Of a DNA stretch of 64,000 nucleotides, positions 9,778 to 18,312 are shown piece by piece. Each line of letters opens with the position of its first letter. The first letter of the stretch is position 1. A program made the position numbers and the translations under genes. The DNA is taken from assembly GCA_003243965.1 (NCBI GenBank), contig QHBO01000016.1:6778-70777 (forward strand). The letters are read 5' to 3'. This DNA is from Chloroflexota bacterium. GTDB taxonomy: Bacteria; Chloroflexota; Limnocylindria; QHBO01. The notes under the pieces are model-generated. The model was not told where the DNA came from and ran no database searches. It saw nothing but the letters and a program-made list of their open reading frames with translations.

Positions 9778-10751
9778 GCGGCCTCCAGGGCCGGCTTGAC
9801 CTCGGTGACGACGCGCTCCATGGTCTCGGCGTCGTACGGCGCCGGGAAGCCGACGATGAAATGCCGGATGCCGAGCGCCATGTAGCGCCGCAGCCGCTCG
9901 ACCACCATCTCGACCGTGCCGACCGGCTGGTCGGTCCACAGGCGTGCGCGCCCGTTCTGCTCGAAGGTCCGCTCCAGGACGCGCCGCGCCTCCGCCGGGT
10001 CCTCCCGGATGATCATCACCCCAGTGCCGACGGTGCGCTCGATCGCCTGGGTGTCGCGCCCCACCTCGACGCAGTGGCGTCGCAGCACCTCGTCCTTGCG
10101 CCGCACGTTCTCCACCGAGCCGCCAAAGTTGGACGCATCCGCATAGCGGGCGACGGTGCGCAGCGTCCGACGTTCGCCGCCGCCGCCGATCAACAGCGGC
10201 AGTCGCCGCTGGACGGGCGCGGGATCGAGTCGCACCTCCCTGGCCCGGTAGTAACGGTCACCGCTCGGCCGGTGGCCGTCGAGCATGCCGCGCATGATGC
10301 GAGCTGCCTCGTCGAGCCAGCGCAGGCGTTCGCCCGGCGACCCGCCGAATTCGACCCCGTAGGCGGTGTGCTCGGTCTCGAACCACGCGCCGCCGATGCC
10401 CAGCACCGCGCGGCCCCGACTGATGTGGTCGAGCGTCGCCGCCATCTTGGCCACCAGCGCCGGGTTGCGGAACGTGTTCGCCCCGACCATCAGGCCGAGC
10501 CTGACCCGTTCGGTGGTCACGGCCCAGCCGGCGAGTGTCAGCCAGCCCTCCAGGATCGGACCATCCGCGTTTCCGATGATCGGGTACAGGTGGTCCCAGG
10601 TCCAAACGCTGTCGAACCCGAGCCGATCGGCCCGGACGCCGGCTTCCCCCAGCGACCGCCAGTCGGTGTACTGGTTCCAGCACAGCGCACCGAATCGGAC
10701 GCGCTCGCCGCCGACCGCGGACGGGGCCGTGCTCTCGCCCGTCGCGCTCAC
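9774..10751 (-). CDS. F420-dependent LLM-class oxidoreductase (paralog 2)
   Basis: Luciferase-like monooxygenase TIM-barrel motifs shared with the upstream paralog (WTWDHLYPI, MVGANTFRNPALVAKMA, LGIGGAWFETEH). GTG start overlaps the stop of paralog 1 (GTGA). Confidence 0.7.
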   Translation of the reverse strand: MSATGESTAPSAVGGERVRFGALCWNQYTDWRSLGEAGVRADRLGFDSVWTWDHLYPIIGNADGPILEGWLTLAGWAVTTERVRLGLMVGANTFRNPALVAKMAATLDHISRGRAVLGIGGAWFETEHTAYGVEFGGSPGERLRWLDEAARIMRGMLDGHRPSGDRYYRAREVRLDPAPVQRRLPLLIGGGGERRTLRTVARYADASNFGGSVENVRRKDEVLRRHCVEVGRDTQAIERTVGTGVMIIREDPAEARRVLERTFEQNGRARLWTDQPVGTVEMVVERLRRYMALGIRHFIVGFPAPYDAETMERVVTEVKPALEAA

Positions 10752-11704
10752 CGCGCAGCGGCCAGCAGGTGGTCGCGCAGGGCTGGCCTCACCTCGCCGA
10801 TGATGCGCTCCAGCGTCTCGATGTCCCACGGCGCCTGGGAGTCGAAGTAGATGTGCCGGAAGCCGATGTCCAGGTACGGCGCGAGCCTGTCGGCCAGCTG
10901 TTCCGGCGTGCCGACCCACTCGGGACCTCTCCACCCGCGGTGAGCGCGCCCGATCTCGGTCGCCACCCGGCGTGCCTCCGCGGGGTCGTCGCGCAGCACC
11001 ACCGAGCCCGCCTGGAGCGTGCGCTCGATCTCGGACTGGTCCCTACCGGTCTGCGCGCACCAATCCCGCAGGACCGCATCCTTGTGCTTCACGCGCTCCA
11101 CGTCGCCGCCCACGTTCCACGCGTCCGCGTAGCGCGCCACGGTCGCCAGCGTCTTGCGCTCCCCGCCCCCGCCGATCAGGATCGGCAGGCGACCCTGGAC
11201 CGGCGGAGGATCGTTGCGCACCGACTTGGCAGCGTAAAAGCGGCGGCCGCTGGGCGTGCTGCCGTCCAGCATCCCGCGCATGACCATCGCCGCCTCATCG
11301 AGCCAGTTGAGCCGCTCCCCGAAGCCGGAGCCGAAGTTGATGCCGTAGGCGATGTGCTCGGTTTCGAACCACGCCCCGCCGATCCCCAGCACGGCCCGCC
11401 CCCCGCTGATGTGGTCGAGGGTGGTCGCCATCTTGGCCACCAGGGCCGGGTTGCGGAACGTGTTCGCGCCGACCATCAGGCCGAGCGTGACCTTCCTGGT
11501 CGCCTGCGCCCACGCCGCGAGCGTCAGCCAGCCCTCGAAGATCGGCCCCTCGGCGTCACCGACGATCGGATACAGATGGTCCCACGTCCAGAGCGAGTCG
11601 TAGCCGAGCTCGTCGACCCTGCGGCCGATAGCCTCCAGCGACTCCCAGTCGGTGTATTGATTCCAGGCCAGAACGCCGAGCTTGAGCTCTCTTCCATCGG
11701 TCAT
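10748..11704 (-). CDS. F420-dependent LLM-class oxidoreductase (paralog 1)
   Basis: 318-aa LLM protein; high identity to 9774..10751, including identical peptide stretches and identical antisense shadow ORFs (MCSVSNHAPP...). Confidence 0.75.
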   Translation of the reverse strand: MTDGRELKLGVLAWNQYTDWESLEAIGRRVDELGYDSLWTWDHLYPIVGDAEGPIFEGWLTLAAWAQATRKVTLGLMVGANTFRNPALVAKMATTLDHISGGRAVLGIGGAWFETEHIAYGINFGSGFGERLNWLDEAAMVMRGMLDGSTPSGRRFYAAKSVRNDPPPVQGRLPILIGGGGERKTLATVARYADAWNVGGDVERVKHKDAVLRDWCAQTGRDQSEIERTLQAGSVVLRDDPAEARRVATEIGRAHRGWRGPEWVGTPEQLADRLAPYLDIGFRHIYFDSQAPWDIETLERIIGEVRPALRDHLLAAAR

Positions 11705-11718
11705 GTGTGTTGGACTCC

Positions 11719-12126
11719 CTATGTGTGTCGTGTGGCCCGCTCGACGTGCATCAGGATCGTGACCCGATGCTGCCCCTCGAAGGCTGCCGGGTCGTCGCCG
11801 TAACGTCGCGCCAGAGCCTGGATGTCGCGCAGACCGCGCTCCGGGTCGTCGATCAGCTCTGCCCGACCCGCGAGGGTCACGTAGTCATTTTCCTGCTCGA
11901 AGCACAGGCTGACCCGCGGGTCGCGGCGCAGATGCCGCTCCTTGATGCGGCCGACGCGCGTGTTCATCAGCACCACGTCGCCGGCGGCGAGATCGAACCA
12001 GATCACTGACTGGCTTGGCATGCCGTCGCTGGCGATCGTGGCCATCACCGGGAAGCGCAGTTCGGCCATCAGCCAGCTGCGGATCTCGAGGCTCAGCGTC
12101 GGGGTGCTGACGAGCGTCTCGGCCAT
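11719..12126 (-). CDS. PPOX-class (pyridoxamine 5'-phosphate oxidase-like) probable F420-dependent enzyme
   Basis: Only the C-terminal 135 aa of the 395-aa track ORF look protein-like (split-barrel PNPOx-like); ATG at 12126 has an AAGGAG RBS 7 nt upstream; first gene of the F420 operon. Confidence 0.5.
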   Translation of the reverse strand: MAETLVSTPTLSLEIRSWLMAELRFPVMATIASDGMPSQSVIWFDLAAGDVVLMNTRVGRIKERHLRRDPRVSLCFEQENDYVTLAGRAELIDDPERGLRDIQALARRYGDDPAAFEGQHRVTILMHVERATRHT

Positions 12127-12277
12127 TCGTCTCCTTCTCTGGGTGTTTGTTCGGTCCACGCCGTGGCGGCCGCTCTGTTTTTCATCGTACCGGTGGCGCA
12201 GATTCCGTGCCGGAGCCGGGTCCGCGTAGACTGCGGCGACGATGAAGATCGGACCGACGACACAGCGCTCCCGCTGA

Positions 12278-13438
12278 GTGGCACTCCACCGCGCGCCGAC
12301 CGCCGCGCTGCTGAGCATCGGTACCGAGATCATGCTCGGCGAGATCGTGGACACCAACGCGGCGTTTCTGGCCGGCGAGCTGCGACACGCCGGGCTGGAG
12401 CTACGGACCGTTCGGCAGGTCGGCGACGACGCGGACGCGATCGCCGCGGCCTTTTCCGAGTGCCTCGCCGCGTTCGACGTCGTGATCGCGACCGGCGGCC
12501 TGGGTCCAACGCACGACGACCTGACGCGGGAGGCGCTCGCACAGGCGCTGGGCGAAGAATTGTTCGAGGACGCAGAGCTGGTCGTCACCCTTCGCAGCCG
12601 ATTCCGCGGGATGGGTGAGATGCCGGTCGCCAATCTGCGGCAGGCGATGCGAATCCGGTCGGCACACGCGCTTGCCAACCCGATCGGCTCCGCGCCCGGC
12701 TGGTGGACCGATCGGGATGGAAACATCGCCGTGCTGCTGCCCGGGGTGCCCGGAGAGATGCGGCGGATGTGGGGCGAGCAGGTGCTGCCCCGTCTGGAGC
12801 GCCGCTTGACCCTCCGTCCGCTGCACGCCAGGGTGGTCAAGGCGTTCGGGATTGGCGAGTCGGCGGCGGCCGCAACGCTCGATGCGCTGCTCCGCGCGCC
12901 CGGCACCGGGATCGAGGCGGGGATCTATGCGCGCGACGACGGGATCCACGTTCGCTTCGCGAGTCGAGACCGGGGTGCGCCGCTCGGCGACCTGGTCGAG
13001 CGGGCGCTGGCCGCTCTCGGCGAGGATGCCTACGGGACCGATCAGACGACACTCGTCGACGCTGCGCTCGGCGCGCTGGCTCGGCGCGGCGTGACCACGA
13101 TCGCGACGGTCGAGTCAGGCACCCACGGGGCGCTGCTGTCGACGCTCTCGGAGCTGGGGCAGGGCGGTGAGCCTCGGTTCGTGGGCGGTGTGTGCGGCGA
13201 GAGGGCGGATGCCGCGGCGCTCGACGCCGATGCGACCCTCTTCCTCGCCGCTGCCGTGAATGACGACCGCGGCCGGGCTCGCTGCACCGTTCGGCTCGGC
13301 GGGATGGCAGCGTTTGGCGAGCGACGGTCCATGGTGCACGGCGTGGGCGCGCAGCTGTATCGGCGCGCGGCCTTCAGCGCTCTGGATCAGGTACGCCGGG
13401 CGCTGACGGTCAGGCCGGAGCAGCCCAGCGACCGATGA
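12278..13438 (+). CDS. cinA: CinA-like competence/damage-inducible protein (MoCF-binding domain + CinA C-domain)
   Basis: LSIGTEIMLGEIVDTN N-terminus and overall two-domain architecture. Confidence 0.65.
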   Translation: MALHRAPTAALLSIGTEIMLGEIVDTNAAFLAGELRHAGLELRTVRQVGDDADAIAAAFSECLAAFDVVIATGGLGPTHDDLTREALAQALGEELFEDAELVVTLRSRFRGMGEMPVANLRQAMRIRSAHALANPIGSAPGWWTDRDGNIAVLLPGVPGEMRRMWGEQVLPRLERRLTLRPLHARVVKAFGIGESAAAATLDALLRAPGTGIEAGIYARDDGIHVRFASRDRGAPLGDLVERALAALGEDAYGTDQTTLVDAALGALARRGVTTIATVESGTHGALLSTLSELGQGGEPRFVGGVCGERADAAALDADATLFLAAAVNDDRGRARCTVRLGGMAAFGERRSMVHGVGAQLYRRAAFSALDQVRRALTVRPEQPSDR

Positions 13439-14318
13439 GACGCACCGCGGCGGGGCGCACCTCGAGGCGCCAATCGCGGCGCTCGCCGATGACGTCGCCA
13501 TCGGCCTGGACGACCAGCGGCCGGACGCTGCTGATCTCCACCACGCGCGCATCTGTGCGCGGGACCGATGGCCGGACGCCGGCCGCCCATCGGATCGCAT
13601 CCAGTGCCAGTCGCGGCGCGGGCCCGGGGTAGACCCGCAGGCTGGCCAGACCGCGATCGTATCGGGCTCCCGGGTTGATCCGCAGCCCGCGCCCGTAGAA
13701 CGGCGTGGTGCTGACCACCAGCAGCTCCATCGGTCCGTCGTGGACGACCCGCGCATCGGCGATCACCCGGACGCCCGTCCTGCGGAAGAGGTCGGGCACC
13801 GACTCGGCGATGGCGCGCGCCCAGCCAGGCAGACGCCGCGCACCGGCCAGCGCGTAGCGTCGCGCGACCAGCGCGTCCCAGCCAGCACCGGCGAACAGGC
13901 ACAGGCGTCCGTCGACCGCAACCAGGTCGATGTCCTGCGCAACACCGGCACCGATGACCGCCGCGAGCGACTGCGGGTCGCTCGGCAGTCGGAGGAGATG
14001 CGCCGTGGCATTGCCGAACCCGGCCGGGATGTAGCCCAGCGTCACGTCGCGACCCTCCACGACGTTGTAGGCCACCGACAGGCTCCCGTCACCACCTGCC
14101 ACCACGACCGTGCCATAGCCCTCGACCCGCGCGACCATCCACGCGCGCAGCTCCTCCGCGTCACGCGTGGCGGTGACCAACAGCTCGGCATCCAGCGCCC
14201 GGCGCACAAGGTCGACGGTCCGCCGGGTCCGAGCGCTGCGGCCAGCGCCGGCCGCCTCGTTCACGAACACCGCGGCGCGCCGGATCGGGTTGTGCTTCCC
14301 CGGGATGGGAGCCGTCAT
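13410..14318 (-). CDS. diacylglycerol kinase-family lipid kinase (YegS/DagK-like)
   Basis: VVVAGGDGSL motif and DAGK catalytic domain arrangement. Confidence 0.6.
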   Translation of the reverse strand: MTAPIPGKHNPIRRAAVFVNEAAGAGRSARTRRTVDLVRRALDAELLVTATRDAEELRAWMVARVEGYGTVVVAGGDGSLSVAYNVVEGRDVTLGYIPAGFGNATAHLLRLPSDPQSLAAVIGAGVAQDIDLVAVDGRLCLFAGAGWDALVARRYALAGARRLPGWARAIAESVPDLFRRTGVRVIADARVVHDGPMELLVVSTTPFYGRGLRINPGARYDRGLASLRVYPGPAPRLALDAIRWAAGVRPSVPRTDARVVEISSVRPLVVQADGDVIGERRDWRLEVRPAAVRLIGRWAAPA

Positions 14319-14340
14319 GTGCCTGAACTCCCCGACGGAC

Positions 14341-15828
14341 TCAGAACCAGCGCGTGGTCACCATCTTCTTGGTCGTGTAGAACTCGACGCCGTCCCGCCC
14401 GGTGACGTGCAGGTCGCCGAAGAACGAGTTGCGCCGGCCGCTGAACGGGAAGAACGCCATCGGCGCGGCGACACCGACGTTCACGCCGAGCATTCCCGCC
14501 GACGAGCGGCGCTTGAACTCACGCGCGGCCTTGCCGCTGCTGGTGAAGATCGAACCGGCATTCCCGTATCGGTTGGTGGCGCGCATCAGGTCCAGCGCCC
14601 CGTCGACATCATCGGCCTTCAGGACGGAAAGGACCGGGCCGAACAGCTCGTCGCGGGCCATCTCGGCCTGGGGATCGATCTCGACGATGGTGGGTCCCAC
14701 GAAATAGCCGGTCGACGGCGTCCCATCGCGCCCGTCGCGCAGCATGCGGGCGCCATCGGTCAGTCCGCGCTCGACGTACCCCAGGATCCGCTCCTTGGAA
14801 TCGGGACGGATCACCGGACCGAGATCCACGTCCTCGTCCAGGCCGAAGCCCATCTTGATCCGGTCGGCGCGCTCCACGAAGCGCGGCAGGAACTCGTCTG
14901 CGGCCGTGCCCACCACGGTCATCACCGATCCCGCCAGGCAGCGCTGGCCGGCGTTACCGAAGGCCGATTCGGTGATGTTCTCGATCGACGGCTCCAGCAC
15001 GGCGTCGGGCATGACGATGATGTGGTTCTTGGCGCCGCCGAGGGCCTGCACCCGCTTGCCGTGCCGGGCGGCCGTCTCGTACACGATCTTGGCCACGCGA
15101 GCGGAGCCGACGAAGCTGACCGCATCGATCTCGGGGTGGCTGCACAGCTCGGTGACCGCCTCGGCCGCCCCGTGAACGATGTTGAACACGCCCTTTGGCA
15201 GGCCTGCCTCGGCCAGCAGCTCCGCCATGCGCACCGCGGAGAGCGGCGTCCGCTCCGACGGCTTGAGGATGAAGGTGTTGCCCGCCGCGATCGCCAGCGG
15301 ATACATCCACAGCGGGACCATGAACGGGAAGTTGAAGGGCGTGATGCCGGCCGCGACGCCGACCGGGAAGCGAACCAGCTCCGAGTCGATTCCGCGGCTG
15401 ATCTGGTCGAGGTTGGTGCCCATCATCAGCGTCGGCATGCCGCACGCGAAGTCGACCACCTCGATGCCGCGCCGGACCTCGCCGGCAGCGTCGCTGTAGA
15501 TCTTGCCGTTCTCGGTGGTGCACAGCCGGATCAGCTCCTCGCGCGAGTCGAGGAGCGCCTCTCGGAACCGAAACATGTAGGCGGCCCGTTCCGGGACCGG
15601 GACCTCGCTCCAGTCCTCGAACGCCCGCCGCGCGGCGCGAGCAGCGGCATCCACGTCCGCGGCGCCGGACAGCGGAACGCGCGCCAGCAGCTCCTCGGTG
15701 GCCGGGTTCGGCACGTCGAGGTACTGGTCGGTCCTGGCGGCGACCCATTCGCCACCGATGTAGTTCTTCAGATCGCCGCGCTGGGCCGATGCGGGGATCT
15801 CGCGGGTCGTTCCCAGGGTTGCAGTCAT
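14341..15828 (-). CDS. mmsA: CoA-acylating methylmalonate-semialdehyde dehydrogenase
   Basis: 495-aa aldehyde dehydrogenase with MmsA/IolA-specific N-terminus (NYIGGEWV), catalytic Cys region (GQRCLA) and C-terminal RFPFSGRRNSFFGD. Confidence 0.8.
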   Translation of the reverse strand: MTATLGTTREIPASAQRGDLKNYIGGEWVAARTDQYLDVPNPATEELLARVPLSGAADVDAAARAARRAFEDWSEVPVPERAAYMFRFREALLDSREELIRLCTTENGKIYSDAAGEVRRGIEVVDFACGMPTLMMGTNLDQISRGIDSELVRFPVGVAAGITPFNFPFMVPLWMYPLAIAAGNTFILKPSERTPLSAVRMAELLAEAGLPKGVFNIVHGAAEAVTELCSHPEIDAVSFVGSARVAKIVYETAARHGKRVQALGGAKNHIIVMPDAVLEPSIENITESAFGNAGQRCLAGSVMTVVGTAADEFLPRFVERADRIKMGFGLDEDVDLGPVIRPDSKERILGYVERGLTDGARMLRDGRDGTPSTGYFVGPTIVEIDPQAEMARDELFGPVLSVLKADDVDGALDLMRATNRYGNAGSIFTSSGKAAREFKRRSSAGMLGVNVGVAAPMAFFPFSGRRNSFFGDLHVTGRDGVEFYTTKKMVTTRWF

Positions 15829-15916
15829 CGATGTGCACCGATAGCGGGTGGTGGCCGATCGTCGAACGCCGATTCTACTGCGGGCAGTGTCCGTGCCGGC
15901 TCCGCGTGGCAGACGG

Positions 15917-15948
15917 AAGAGGGTCGCCCGCTTGGGCGACCCTCTTCG
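15917..15948. terminator. perfect 14-bp stem / 4-nt loop hairpin downstream of the lipoprotein gene
   Basis: GAAGAGGGTCGCCC-GCTT-GGGCGACCCTCTTC seen directly; weak U-tract on the plus strand only. Confidence 0.4.
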
Positions 15949-15972
15949 GAGATCTTTGGACGCGAACGCGGG

Positions 15973-16605
15973 TCAGGGCAGCTTCGAGAGCGCCTCTGCG
16001 GCCGCCGCCTGATCCTTGCTCTGCACCAGGAACAGGATGTCACCCTTGGTGTACGTGTACTGGGGTCCCTGCGCGCTCTGCTTAGGATCCGTCCAGGTCT
16101 GCACGTCCTTGCCGCCGATATTTGCGGCGCTGAACGTCACGGTCGTCCCGTTCTTCTCGGCGGCCTTTTTGAACTCGTCGAGGATGCGGTTTCCATCAGC
16201 ACCCGCGATCCGAAATGCGCCGAGGCTGATGGCGGGGGCGGAGCCGGATGCGACGGCCACGGAGACGTCATTGGGCGTCTTGCCGAGCGCGGTCAGCATC
16301 GCGAGGAACTCCTTATTCGATGAATCGGTACCAAGGAACTGCGAGCCCTTCAGCGAGATCTTCTGCAGCTTCTGGCCCTTCACCTGGTCGGGAAGCAGGC
16401 TCTCGAGGTCCTTTGCCTGATTCAGGTCGATGGAGGACGCCGGCGCCCCGCTCCGCGAGGAGCTCGCCGCGGCCGTCGGGGTGGGCGTGGCCGTCGGCGA
16501 GGCGGTGGGCGTGGGGCTGGCGCCCTGCGAGCTGGAGCAGGCGACAGCCAGCAGTGCGAGCAGGGCGAGCGCGCCGGCGGGAGCGCTCGTGCGCGAACGA
16601 GTCAT
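15973..16605 (-). CDS. Lys-rich lipoprotein of unknown function
   Basis: Internal ATG gives a signal peptide with lipobox (LLAVAC|SSS), then a P/T/A-rich linker and a ~150-aa globular domain; the upstream 58 codons of the track ORF look non-coding. Confidence 0.45.
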   Translation of the reverse strand: MTRSRTSAPAGALALLALLAVACSSSQGASPTPTASPTATPTPTAAASSSRSGAPASSIDLNQAKDLESLLPDQVKGQKLQKISLKGSQFLGTDSSNKEFLAMLTALGKTPNDVSVAVASGSAPAISLGAFRIAGADGNRILDEFKKAAEKNGTTVTFSAANIGGKDVQTWTDPKQSAQGPQYTYTKGDILFLVQSKDQAAAAEALSKLP

Positions 16606-16702
16606 GGTCTGGATGTCTCCACTAGCGACCTGGGCAGCAGCCCTCCTGGCTGCATCGCCGGTCGAGAGCATAGCCGACCCTCTCGCGAGTGTGCCAGCCG
16701 GC

Positions 16703-18082
16703 TCAGTGCAGGTTTGCGCTCCGCTCTCGCCTGAGAAAGCGGCCGGCACCCTTGCTGCCGCGCCATTCGCCGCCTTCAACCACGACCGTGCCCCGGCTCA
16801 GCACCACGTCCGCTCCGCCGGTCACCTCCCTCCCCTCGTAGCACGAATAGTCGACGTCCATGTGGTGAGTGGAGGCGCTGATCGTATGTCTGCGGGCCGG
16901 GTCGTAGACCACGATGTCGGCATCGGCGCCGACCCCGATGACGCCCTTGCGCGGCAGGCCAAACAGTCTTGCCGGCGCGCTGGAGATGAGCTCGACCCAT
17001 CGGTTCGGGCTGAAGCGCCCGCGGACCACTCCCCCGTCATGCAGCAGGTCGACGCGGTTCTCGACGCCGGGCAGCCCGTTCGGCACCTTCCGGAAGTCGT
17101 CGCGCCCCAGGTCCTTCTGCCCGTGGAAGTCGAACGGGCAATGGTCGGTGCTGACCACCTGGAGGTCGTCGCGCACGAGCCCCTTCCACAGCTCCTCCGC
17201 GTGGTCGGCGGGCCGGAGCGGCGGCGAGCAGACGAACTTCGCGCCCTCGAAGCCGTTGCCCATGTCCTCGAGACTCAGGAACAGGTACTGGGGGCAGGTC
17301 TCCGCGAACGCCGGCAGGCCGGCGTCCCGCGCGCGGCGCACCTCGTCGAGCGCCTGACGGGCGGAGAGGTGGACGATGTATACCGGCGCACCGGCCACCT
17401 CCGCCAGGCGGATCACCCGGTTGGTGGCCTCGCCCTCCAGCACCGGAGAGCGCGACGTACCGTGGTAGTAGGGATCGGTGTGGCCGGCGGCCACTTCCTG
17501 TCCCGCGACGACGTCGATGGCCAGCCCGTTCTCGGCGTGCATCATGATCAGCCCGCCGTTGCGCGCGCTGCGCTGCATGGCCCGGAAGATCGCCCCGTCG
17601 TCGCTGAAGAACACGCCCGGATAGGCGGTGAACAGCTTGAACGAGGTGACCCCCTCGTCAACGAGGCCGTCCATCTCGTCGAGCACGTCATCTCGGACGT
17701 CGCTGATGATCATGTGGAAGCCGTAGTCGACGCACGCGTTGCCGTCCGCCTTGCGGTGCCACGCCTCGAGGCCTTCCCGGAGCGAGCCGCCGCGAGGCTG
17801 CACCGCGAAGTCGATGATCGTGGTCGTGCCGCCGAATGCCGCGGCGCGCGTCCCGCTCTCGAACGTGTCCTTGGCGAACGTCCCGCCGAACGGAAGCTCC
17901 ATGTGGGTGTGCACGTCGATGGCGCCGGGGATCAGCCACTTTCCGCTCGCATCGATGGTGCGATCCGCGCCCAGGTCCAGCTCCTGACCGATGAGGGCGA
18001 TCTGCTCCCCGTCCACCAGCACGTCCGCCCTGCTCGTCGCGTCAGCATTGATGACGGTGCCGTTCTTGATCAGCGTGCGCAT
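16703..18082 (-). CDS. dihydropyrimidinase / D-hydantoinase (cyclic amidohydrolase)
   Basis: Metal-binding HxH (DVHTHM), carboxylated-Lys region, MMHAEN; start at MRTLIKNGTV with a GGGAGG RBS. Confidence 0.8.
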   Translation of the reverse strand: MRTLIKNGTVINADATSRADVLVDGEQIALIGQELDLGADRTIDASGKWLIPGAIDVHTHMELPFGGTFAKDTFESGTRAAAFGGTTTIIDFAVQPRGGSLREGLEAWHRKADGNACVDYGFHMIISDVRDDVLDEMDGLVDEGVTSFKLFTAYPGVFFSDDGAIFRAMQRSARNGGLIMMHAENGLAIDVVAGQEVAAGHTDPYYHGTSRSPVLEGEATNRVIRLAEVAGAPVYIVHLSARQALDEVRRARDAGLPAFAETCPQYLFLSLEDMGNGFEGAKFVCSPPLRPADHAEELWKGLVRDDLQVVSTDHCPFDFHGQKDLGRDDFRKVPNGLPGVENRVDLLHDGGVVRGRFSPNRWVELISSAPARLFGLPRKGVIGVGADADIVVYDPARRHTISASTHHMDVDYSCYEGREVTGGADVVLSRGTVVVEGGEWRGSKGAGRFLRRERSANLH

Positions 18083-18204
18083 CGGGCCTCCCTGCTGTGG
18101 GGATCGGGAGCACCGGCCCCCTGCTCCCGCGAGCCGCGCGGTGCCGGGCGACAGAGGCGCCATGGTAGCGCGTGCCGCATCCTCCCCGGCCGCGGGCATG
18201 GCAG

Positions 18205-18226
18205 TGAACGTTGCCAAATGAACGTT
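18205..18226 (+). promoter_or_regulatory. direct repeat TGAACGTT-N6-TGAACGTT upstream of the lipoprotein/ECF sigma locus
   Basis: Seen directly in the divergent intergenic region; GAAC...CGTT resembles ECF-type promoter elements, but the spacing is not canonical. Confidence 0.2.
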
Positions 18227-18312
18227 CTGCTGGCCTGCGTACGCCAGACAGTCAGACGCGCTCCCGGAGCCTCCGGGACCGACTCCAGGTCATCCAGGCG
18301 GAGGAGAGGCAG

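Noticed and set aside
11719-12906. 395-aa minus-strand ORF
   Set aside because: Only the C-terminal 135 aa (from the ATG at 12126 with an AAGGAG RBS) look like a real protein. The upstream 260 codons run across the divergent promoter region and the antisense of cinA.
14167-16323. 718-aa plus-strand ORF
   Set aside because: Antisense shadow of mmsA and the lipoprotein gene, with Arg/Gly/Ala/Leu-rich low-complexity translation and no family motifs.
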